From the IMG/VR virus record IMGVR_UViG_3300020044_008506, positions 1-24,410 of that record: DNA of 24,410 bases; one strand, 5' to 3'. The position numbers were made by a program, and so were the translations under genes. Below, piece after piece: positions 9,032 to 19,800 of this stretch. Every line of letters starts with the position of its first letter. Position 1 is the stretch's first letter. The notes under the pieces were generated by a model that was not told the origin of the DNA, did not search any database, and was given only the letters and a program-made list of their open reading frames with translations. Origin of the DNA: a virus (Duplodnaviria; Caudoviricetes).

Positions 9032-10867
9032 ATGACAAGCGCTACTCCATTACTTGCTTATTTACAATCACTGCAACAAGGTCAACGTCAGTCCGAGCAA
9101 ATGCGTCAGCAGTTTGGAATGCAGAACCTTGAACAGCAGAAAAACAATGCTCAGTTCCTTATGGAACTAGGCGACAAATCAGAAGCGCGTAAACAACAGC
9201 GCCAGCAATTTGATTGGGCTAAAGCTGATCGAGATAGACAAACGTATTTAGATTCGCTTGCTCAAGTTGATAGAGACCGCCTTCTTACAAAAGAAAAAGA
9301 AGACAGGACGGCTGCAGTCAATGCATACATACAAGGTAAAGCATCTCCTTTGTCTGCTGCGTACAATAAGGTACTTAGTACACGTAAGCAAGTTGAAGAC
9401 TTAGCTAAGTCTGGTAAGCGCATGCTTCCTTCACAACTTGAAGCACTGCGAACGGGGATGAGTAAAACCGAATCTGACTATGCTGCAGCATTAAAGCAAT
9501 TCCAAACAGATACTGCTGGCGATACAACCTATGGCATTGACTGGAATCCAGTAACTAAAAAGTATGAGCTTGGTGAGTTTGCAATGCCTGATGCGTTTAG
9601 ACGCAGAGGTGTTGCACCACAAGAAACTACAACACAGCAGTTCCCATCACAGTTTTCATTACCTGCTACAAGTCAAGGCGGAGGACCTATGGGTACGGGT
9701 CCAACCATCATTGATGGAAATGAACCAGCTGCACCTGCAGGTGTTCCTGTTTCAATGATGGGGTCACCCCTTGATAAAGTTTTTCAATCTGGAGTACTCC
9801 CAGCAAATTCATTCTTAGGTATTGGTGTCCCACCAACTAAGTTGGCTACATCGCAAAAACCTGCTGTTGCTCCTCAAATAGATCCTCTTACAGCATTAGC
9901 AGCATTGCGTACTAGGTTAGCCAAGAATGTTCAAGGAGGTGAGTGGTCACCAAGTGAAATTGATGTTCCAACAAATGAAATCATCAATAAAATTGTTGAC
10001 GCTTACTTTAGTAATCGCGGTAGTTCTTTTAGGTCTAACAAGTTTAACGATCAAGTTTATGGTGGTAACTTAACTGACCTCCTTAATGATTACCGTGGCC
10101 ACATTGGTAATGAAGCTGAGATTCAACGATTTCTTGATTCTGAACTAGTTGGCGACTTAGCTGACTATGCACCAAATGTAGTTGGTCGTATCGCTAGTCG
10201 CATATCAGATAAGGGTTACATTGATCCAAAGGTAATTGAACGCCTTGCTGGTGAGTCTAAAAACGCACGAGCTGCACGAGCTGACGAACTTCAACAAACA
10301 ATTGCACGAAAAGAAGAAGGTCGCAAACAATCAAAGTTTAATCAAGAACGTGGTTTATGGCAGATGGAGAAAACAGAGGCCGGACTTAGGATTGACAAGC
10401 TTAGAAAAGAAATTGATAATATTGGTAAAGCTGATCCTGCCAAACCTGAAAGCTTGTCAATGGTAGTAAGCCGAGCTGTAAACACATGGGATAATGTGCA
10501 AGGACAACAAACATCAGCGCACCTCAATGAAACAATTAAAAGCCTTGAGCGTGACATTGTAGCCTTGAAACCAAAAGGTAAAAGCAATGTTGGTGGCACT
10601 ACAACTGAGATTGAAAATAAACGTACTCAAATTGCAGCATTGCGTGGATTAGTAGCTGATGTTGGAGTCAAAAAAGGTGATTTTGTCAGGGCTATTGTTA
10701 GTGGAAATAAAGCCGATGCTATGCGTCTTATTGACGAAAGCAGCAAAAGTTTTAGACAAAAGATGAGTGCTGTTCCCGGATTAGCAGAAGTGTATAACAG
10801 TGTTCCAATACCACAAGTTACTAGTGGTGGTACTGGTGTTTCAGGACGTGCTGGTGGAGACGAATAA
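9032..10867 (+). CDS. Putative DNA ejection / internal virion protein 2
   Basis: Q-rich coiled-coil N-terminus, Pro-rich linker (about 9610-9890), helical C-terminus, no Cys. Lies between the pilot-like gene and the giant gene. Confidence 0.6.
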   Translation: MTSATPLLAYLQSLQQGQRQSEQMRQQFGMQNLEQQKNNAQFLMELGDKSEARKQQRQQFDWAKADRDRQTYLDSLAQVDRDRLLTKEKEDRTAAVNAYIQGKASPLSAAYNKVLSTRKQVEDLAKSGKRMLPSQLEALRTGMSKTESDYAAALKQFQTDTAGDTTYGIDWNPVTKKYELGEFAMPDAFRRRGVAPQETTTQQFPSQFSLPATSQGGGPMGTGPTIIDGNEPAAPAGVPVSMMGSPLDKVFQSGVLPANSFLGIGVPPTKLATSQKPAVAPQIDPLTALAALRTRLAKNVQGGEWSPSEIDVPTNEIINKIVDAYFSNRGSSFRSNKFNDQVYGGNLTDLLNDYRGHIGNEAEIQRFLDSELVGDLADYAPNVVGRIASRISDKGYIDPKVIERLAGESKNARAARADELQQTIARKEEGRKQSKFNQERGLWQMEKTEAGLRIDKLRKEIDNIGKADPAKPESLSMVVSRAVNTWDNVQGQQTSAHLNETIKSLERDIVALKPKGKSNVGGTTTEIENKRTQIAALRGLVADVGVKKGDFVRAIVSGNKADAMRLIDESSKSFRQKMSAVPGLAEVYNSVPIPQVTSGGTGVSGRAGGDE

Positions 10868-10869
10868 TA

Positions 10870-13800
10870 ATGCCTCAAGGTGCAATCAAGCGTTACAACC
10901 CTAAGACCCGTAAGTATGAAACAGTAAATGTAGATACGACTGGTTCTAAGAAAGCTATTGGTACAGGCACTACAGAAGAACGCAAAAAGCTTTCGCAATG
11001 GGTTACTCAATTTGATTCTGTTGCTGCTAAGCCTAAGCGCACTAATAACGACTACGCACAAATTATTCGTCGTGACTCTAATGGGACCGACATTACAAAG
11101 TACGCATTGAACGAAGCTTTGCGTCAAGGTGTTATTGATACAACTACTCATAGGCAACGATTAAAAAAATACACTGACATTTTAAATGAGGTATCTAGTC
11201 GTCCAGTTACTGTTAGTGGAAAGCCTGTTACGTATTTAGATCCGAGTACAAAAAAAGAACGCACATTGATGCGTAGTGCGTTTATACAAAATGGTAGTTA
11301 TAACTTTGATCGCCCTATTGAAGATGTCTTAATCGACAAAACTAAACGTCGTAATGAAATGCAATCTCAGGTTGATTCAATCAAACCTGTTGATGAGCAA
11401 GCACTTATTGGTAACTACCTTGGCGCAGCAGCGCGTGGCACATACAACCGTGAGTCTATCCCAAAGATTGCTCGTGGTGCATACAAGGGCGTAGCAGCAC
11501 AAGCTGGCGACATTATGAGTTGGGGTACTCAGCGATTTAGAGATACCGGATTAGATATTGGTGCTGGAGAAACTCCAGAAGAAACAATGGCACGTCGTCA
11601 AACTGAAGACCAGCAGATGCGAATTGCTCGTGCTGCGGTAGCCAATAGGTTTAATGACACATCTACCAATGAAGGTATGGCTGGCACAGCAGGAAGTGTA
11701 ATGGGTGGTTTTACAGGACCTGCTGATGCACTAGAAGCTGGTGGATATATTGCTGCTAATACTGCACCTCAAGTACTAGGAATGATGGCAACTGGTGCAG
11801 CTATTCCAAAGGCTGCTGCAGCTATTGGACTTAGTCCAAAAGTAGCACAGGGTATTTACGCAACTGGATTGATTGGCGGGCAAGCACTTGAGGCAATTAC
11901 AGGAAATCCTGTATTAAATGTTCTTGGTAATCCATTAGGGGCAATGCGTCGCTCTGGTGGAGAGTTAGGTCAAGAGAGTGAAGAAAACCTTGCACTTGCA
12001 CAAGAGATGGCTCCTGCTGCACAAGGTCTTATGGACGTTGCTGGCTTGACTATTGGTATGGCCCAGTTTGGAGCAAAGAGCGTTATTAGTGGCGCAAAAA
12101 ATTCAAAAGCATTATTAAGCACAGCACAAAAAGAAATTGCTGCAGCACAACGCAGTGCTACATCGATGTTCCCTCCTGCCCCAACTGCATTAAACATTGG
12201 ATCACGAGCACGAATGCTAGAGGCTGTACGTCCTACAGGACAGATGTTAAGTGCTACTGCAATCAATGCTATTGCTAATGCATCTCCTATCATTGCTACA
12301 GAAATTGCTAGATCTGGAGCATTGGGATTTGCAGGAGTAGATAAGAATAAATTCCAAGCACCTAAAGCAACTGACGTTGTTAGCGCTTTAGCCGGTGGTT
12401 TGTATGACTATGCGCCTCAGCGTTCTTTAATGGGTCGTTTTAATAAGTATCAAACAGAATTGGCTGTTGGTGCTCAAGCTCGTTATGACGTTGACAGCCA
12501 AGTCCGTAAAATGCAGCAGGAAGCGATTAAAAGTTCTCCTCTGTTAAATCACTTAATTAATACGACAGGGTTGTCTCCTGATCAAGCGTTGGCGTATGCA
12601 AGTCAAAGACATCAAGAAGAATTTCCCGGCCAAAGAATTAATGACCTTAATGATTTAAATCAATTACGTGAGTCACGTGAAATTGAACAGGGTTATATGC
12701 CAACCCTTAATAGTAATGTTCTACGTTCTGTTAACGAGCGTACTGGTGCACCAAAGCGTTTACTTGGAATGGAAATCGATCAGCCGTTAAAGGCTCAATC
12801 TGGCGTAGGTATGCATTATGACCTACTTCCATTTTCTTCTGCATTCCGCAAAGCATCTGCTACTGCTGGTGAGAAAACTGCGCTTGATGCATTACGTCAG
12901 CAGACAAGTACATCTGAAGCAGTAGCCGCTGAAACACCTAAGAGTAAGAAGGCACTACCTTATCCATCAATGGTTATTGAAACGGATCAGGGACCAAAGC
13001 TTGCTATATACAAACCAGACCTTAGTGGTATCTATTTAACAGACGACACGTCTTCTCCAACGTCACATACGCTTACTCCGGAATCATTTGAAGTTACTGT
13101 AAGTGCATTACCTCGTGAAAACTACGCTGCAGGTATTGCACGATTTAACCGAGAAGACATGGCTCGTATTGACTGGGCGCAACCACCGATGGCCGATGGT
13201 CGTGTTTATCAATACACAGTACGTGGATTTAATCGAGGTGGCTTTACCGTAACGCGAACTGTACGTGGCTCTGAAGGCACTGGCCCTACTGTTTCTTACA
13301 CTGCCAGTCGAGAAGAAATCATGCGTACTGCTCCGCCAAGTAAACGTGATCAATTAACTAAACAGCTTGATGATTTAGCTGAAAGCTTTGGTGTCCCCGG
13401 ATTACAAGGGTCTGGTCGTGGCATTAACTATTCCGATACATCTTTTGGCGATGTAGATAGAAAAGAATTTCCTTCTACTGTCTATGTAGGCAAATCTACA
13501 GCCGAAGGATCAAAGGGTGTAGTGCCAACCCGTTTAATTAACAACAAGGGTGCATTTAATACATATCAGGATCCTACTGGCGGTATCTGGCGAATACCAA
13601 AGGAAGCTGACACAAATCAGCGAACGCAAGTATTAGAGCCAGTTGAAACTCGCCAGCGAACCTATGCTGGTACTGGCTATGCTGAAACACCATTAATCCA
13701 AGCGCAACAAATTGGTCGCCCAATGGTTGACGTTAATTACCTCGACATTAATTTAACAGGAACACAAGAAGGTGTACGTCGTGTTTATATTAATGAAAAG

Positions 13801-16800
13801 GATCGCAAGTGGCTTAAAGATAAAACAAATGAATACCGCCAAGAGTTAGCTGACGCTAAAAATGAGGGCGGTGATTTAGATAAGGTTGACACAAAGTTTA
13901 ACGACGAGATACACGACTATCTTAAAAAGATCTCTTCTACAGGGAAGCCTGATAATGAAGATGTTAATTACAAGTATGGTTATGTTGGTAAGTTTGATGA
14001 TGAAAAATTTGACGCACATGAAGGCATGCCTATCCGTATAGGTGATGTAGTTCGGTTTGCATCAAGCGTAGATGAAAACGGAAACGTCAGTGCAAACAGT
14101 CGTTTGGCTCATCACTTTATTGATAGAGGTGTTGTTGTTGGTGTTGACCACAACGGTGTTCACGTAAAGATTGCAAACCAATTACCGGGAATCATTGGTG
14201 ATGAGGGAGGACGTACTGTTCTTGCGCACCCAGAAACACTGGTCCCAGAAACGCAACCACATTTAGGATACGACCAACAAGGCATTATGCGTCTTGAGCG
14301 TGTTTCTGACCTTGACGCTCCAATCCCTACTAAGCCTGTAACACCAGAACCACCAAAGGTTGAAGAAAGTCTTAGCCCAACTGAGACAGTTGACGCAATG
14401 ATTGATGCAGATGGATTAGCACCAGATCCTGCGTACCGAGCTACTTTGCAAGAGGCACAAGCTAAACTTAGCCGCAATGGAACAATTGCATTTGTCAGAG
14501 ATTCTGTTGTTGAAGTATCGCAAACAAAGCAACTTGAACCACAGACTGCTAAAGATGCAGTGACAAATATACTTAATGACGACAACGTGTTACCTGAACA
14601 CAAAGAGCGTATTGTCAGTGCTGTCTTATTGCTTGATATTGATGGAGCTGATTTAAACTCAATCAACAAAATCAATCACATGATTGATGCTGTAACAGAA
14701 TGGCATGCTGGTAGTCGTCCAGTAAACATCCAGTCCGACATAAGTGCAACTGTGCACTTCAGTGGTACTACCTTAGAAAAAGCAGTTCAGCGTGATGTTA
14801 ATACCCGTGCGTTAGAAGCAGTACATGGTTGGCGATCTGGTCAGCGATTAACTACACGTGTTGCTAACTACATTGACAAGCTTAATTCTCAAGGAGCCAA
14901 CATTACTCCTGCTCAAGCGACTTCTATTCAAACAAGAGCTAAGCAGATGGCACAAGTCGTCACTCCATTACGAAGTCTTTTGATTGGCAATGGAGTTACA
15001 TCACAAGAGATATGGAGTTTTGCAAGTCGTTTAAGTCAACGTGACCAGATGGCATTAGCGGTTAGACTCCAAGGTATAAACAAGTCGAGTGAAAACTCTG
15101 TAACTGTGAAACAACTTAAGGGTCAAATGCAAGGATTGATTCCTGCATCACAAGGTAAAAGGACTCTTACGTTTGATGATTTTGACGCTGCTAACGGAAG
15201 GTTCTTTGCAGAGGTAAAAGCACAGGCTCAACGTAGGCAAGCTGAACAGGCAAAGATCAGTTCTGCAGATCCAAAGGTCTCAATGTCTGACTTGAACGAT
15301 GCTATAAAAAACATCAAGCCAGATGATCCTGCAATGAAAGAGATTTTCAATAATCTATCTAAGCAGGACATGCCTGAGACGCAGTTCCGTCAGTACTTTG
15401 CGGATATGAAATTCCCTAATAGTGAAATGACTATTGGGGAGGCAGCCGACCGTATCAAAAATGGTACGTTTGCGGATTACATAGAAACAAGTAATCGCGT
15501 TCAAGCTGTTGTCCGTCGTGCAGGTATGCAAGGCAGTAGGCTTGTTGTTGAAGACTGGTCTAATATCCTGTCTCCATTGATTGAACGTTTACCTACGCCA
15601 GAAGCACGTGAAAGCGCAAAGACTTACACGGAAAGCGAAATGGCTAGGGCAATGAATCAAGGCCCTGAGAATGCAGCATTAAAAGCACAAGAGTTAATGA
15701 CAGGCCTTCTCAATAAAGTAGTTGACCCCACGTTAGATGATGCAGCACGTGTTGCAACTGCAGTAAAAGAAGTACAGCAGAAGACTCTTGCGGTTAACCC
15801 AGTACTCAAACGTATTGCTTCTTTACTAGCAACTGACGCAGAAGCTCAGCAGCGAATAGATACTGCTAATGAAGGGCGTGGCGGTGAAGTTGTTGAAGGT
15901 GCAGTTGAGCGTGTGCAGTCAGTCTTTGATGCGATCTACGACTTAAACGCATCACAGCCTCTAAAGCCATCTATTGTTAGTCAGGATGTATTTGATGCAG
16001 TCAATGCATCTGTCAAAGAAGCATCTACGTGGCTTAGCGAATACGGCTCAACCAATATTCGTAATGCTACTTGGCAACTGCCATTACAAAGTGAAAGCGG
16101 TTTGTTTGGGCATACACCTACTGGAGAAGCTATTGATCTTACCCAGAAGAGTGCTATGGGCAAGAACGGTATGACGTTGATCTTCCGTGATGCCTTAGAT
16201 GTTCAAGGTGCAAGCCCAGAAATGAAGATGCTTATTGACAACATGGCAGCTTCTTTGGCAGACGTTTACGACCTACATGCATATAGTTATGCAATGCGTC
16301 ACGTTGATTATCAGATGAAGTCCGGAACTGTTGACTCAGCCAATCAACACGTAATGTCTTTGTTATCCGCAGTCGCTAAAACAGCAACACCGGAACGTGC
16401 TGCCATTATTGAAGGTTTGATCAATGACGTGCGTGAAGGTCAGCCACTTGCCTACAAGAAGGACAAGTCATTTGGCAGTGTAATTAAAGATGCATTTACT
16501 GGCGCAGGTGATGCAGATTATGGTTCTAAGTTAGAGACATTTATTTACACTCATCGTGCAGCTCAGGTGCAGCATGAGTTCTATGCAAGTAACGCTCGTG
16601 TGCTTGTAAGTTCTGCTAAGTCAAGCGACTTCTCTCCTGCAAGTAACATTGGTACTAGCTTTGCTTCAATTACAGCGCAACGGAATAAGAATCGTGCGAC
16701 TGAACGTGCTCAGTTAAACTTACTCCTACACCTAAATCGCACTGGTGATGAAGCGCGTGACACATTGAGCCTTGGGCACGAAATGTTTCACGGAGTGTTT

Positions 16801-19800
16801 CACACTTTACCCTACAAGGAGAAACTCGATTTTGCTGTCAATGCAGTTGAGTGGTTGCACGATTCGTTAGGGAAAACAAACTCTGAGGTTGGCAAGACGT
16901 TAGTCAAGTTAAAAGCTGCCGAGCAGACATTTAAAGCAAAGTACTCAGAGTTACAAGATGCTGTTGCAAATGCAACCACTGATGAATCTTTAATTGCTGC
17001 ACAAAACGCATTAGATGATTTTGAGTTCAGATCGTTTGTTGATATGCATGCGGATACAACCGATATCCTGTACAGCAATCCTATTGTTAATGAGTTAGTC
17101 ACCACTACGATGATGACTGCAGCAATGAATACTCCGACAATCTTTAGCAAGAACTACGACCCATCGTCATCTGCTACAGCAATTATGTCTCGCGTAGGTG
17201 AGTTTGCTAAGATGGCTGTTGTAAAAATGCAATCAGGTTCTTACCAAGGCCCTGACTGGGTTACGACTAAAACGGCTGACGGGAAAGCAGTAACTGGATA
17301 TCAGCATAGATGGCAATTGCCATTCTCATCTTTTGTTGCAAGTAAGAATGGGCGTGATTACTCTACTCCATTGCCACTTGGATCAACTATCTCACTGTTG
17401 AATACAAACAGTTTAGTTGATGGTCCAACTAAACTTACGTTAAGGAAGGACATTCCTGTTGTTGGTTATGCTGCTGGAGCAAAAACATCTGATCCAATGA
17501 CAGCCCAAACATCACGCATAGATTTAAGTGGTGGACGTACTCGTGTACCGGGCGCATCAAAGATATCTACAGCAACTACCCTGCATGTAAATAAGAATGT
17601 AGTAGAGTTAAAGAGTGTTCCAGCTGAATTAATTGGAAAGCATGTTGCTGATTATCAAGGTAAGAAATATTACGCGCTTGATTCAGAGAATGGTATTCCA
17701 GTACTTTCAGTTGATGGTATTTCAGTAAAAGACCGAATAGACGGTTACGCATATTTGGTTACAACTGATGAAAAACCAACGCTGAAGTCTAAGTATATGA
17801 TTCTTAAGCCAGAAACAATGCCACAAGACGCTGTTGTTTCTGGGCGAGCTGCTCAGTGGAACTCTCAGTTGTCATCTGTTTTGTACAACGTATGGGGTAA
17901 AACTTCTGCGCTTGCATCCAGTATGGTTGGTCGTGTTGATGTTGTTTCGTACAATCAATTAAAGCAACGTGCTATTAGCACAATGTCCAACGTAGAGGGA
18001 ATGCCTAGCAAAAACGTAGGTAATTATGACGTTGGTCAAGATGCATATGAAGGGACTATTGAACACGCTGCTGGTGTAATGTCTCAACTTGGAGCTGGTG
18101 CAAAGATTCAAGAATATGCTGACCAAGCACTTGTAAGCACATATGAGTGGATTAATAGAACTATCCCAGAAGAGCAAGATGCTGTAAGAGAACGTATTGA
18201 TAGAGGTTTAGATTCTGCTCGCCGATCGTTGTTTGGATTAACATCACAGGATATACGGCAACGACCACAGATAAACTACGACCCAATTCAAACTAGTAGA
18301 TTTTTAGTATCTGACGATGGCAACTTAAAGGGTCATCCGTTAATGTTCTACACTGCTCGAACTGGAGCTGCTCGTTCTGAAGGACTTGTAGTTCGTGATG
18401 TAGCTGCTGACTTAATGGATTACTTCAATGGCTTTGACGAATCCAATGAAGTTGCTGACAAGGTGGCAAATGCTTTACTAAAGTCTCAAGACGCTGCGGC
18501 ATTTCAATCTGAAATGACTAAGCAGGGTCTAGATGAAGATCAAGTCAAGAAGGTTGTTTCAATACTTGAGCAAAATGCTGGTGTATCTACAACGGGTGTA
18601 GCATTTAGTAATGACACTGTAGTTGGATTACTCCGTGACTTTATTACTGGTTACAGTAATTGGACTGATGGACCTAAGCAACGAACAGTATCTGATTTTA
18701 ACTCTACGCTTCAAGGTTTAGTTGATGGAGAGATGGTTCCTCACATCGTCAATCAACGAGCTTTAATTGCTAATGCAGCAAGAGCCTACGCTCAAATGCG
18801 TGGCATGCCAGTTGGTCAAGTTCTTGAGAACATGGGCACAAATCTTCATGGTGAAGAATATGCAGGTGTATCTGCTGTTGCGCATATGATGTCGTTAGAC
18901 TTGAATAATCGCTCCGCTGCAATGAAGTCCTATAACGACTATTCTATTCATGATGTTATCTGGGTAAATGGTAGCAAGGATCCAGTTGTAATCTTAAAAG
19001 AGTTTGGTAAGGCAAACCGGTACTCGGCTGATTTACGTGAGAAAGCTTCAGCGGATAGCAATGGCATATTGTATTTAGCCGTTGATCAAGCTGAGAACAC
19101 TGTACGTATTGCCACTCCTAAAACAAATCCTGTGACAGGCGAAACAACTTACGTACTTGGTAAGAATGTGCATGATGGCAAGGCTGGTAGTGAAGCCATT
19201 GCAAGGCATTTTGATTTACCAACATCAAAGGGTACGTCGGCATCAACTGGTGAGATGTTGTTCAGAGGAGACGAGTTACCAGACGGTGGTTACGGACGTA
19301 AGCAACAGCAGGTGTATGACAACGTAAACGATACTAATGTTTACGTAAACCGATCCAATGAAGAAGTTGCTTCTCCGGGATTAAAACTACGCCTTGCTGG
19401 ATTGATGTCTGGTGGTCAAAAGTCATACGCTGGCGGTCAGTTACTTACGATTATTAATATGCTTCAGTCAAGCAAAAAGGTAGGTCAGTCGCAAGTTGTT
19501 ACTGTACCTCTTCCTCATTCATGGGGCGCAGACATGTACGATCCAACAGGACCGTATAGCGGTGAGTTTAAATTTGCAAACTTTGATCAGGTGCTAGATG
19601 CAATTGAGAGTGACCCTAATGGTGAGATGTACAACGTACTGCCTCGCCATTTAAAAGTTACCTATGAAGGAAAGGGTAAGTTCACCATTACTGACATGGG
19701 CTTAGTTGGTAATGAAGAATCACCAATGCGTCGTTCGCTTGGTAACTTTGTTGATGTTGCAGCTGGTCGTGGCAACAGACGTATTGCACCTGTAGAAGTT

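Noticed and set aside
10627-11157. 176-aa minus-strand ORF
   Set aside because: Antisense shadow of two coupled genes, with no motif or expression signals.
14160-14675. 171-aa minus-strand ORF and the other short nested or antisense ORFs in the track
   Set aside because: They lie within long genes and are explained by codon bias. The repeat in ORF 2064-2285 simply mirrors the + strand repeat.
16069-16180. Lytic transglycosylase motif (QSESG...SAMGK)
   Set aside because: It lacks the GLMQ/GxYQ motif and the helical context before the Glu; likely chance.
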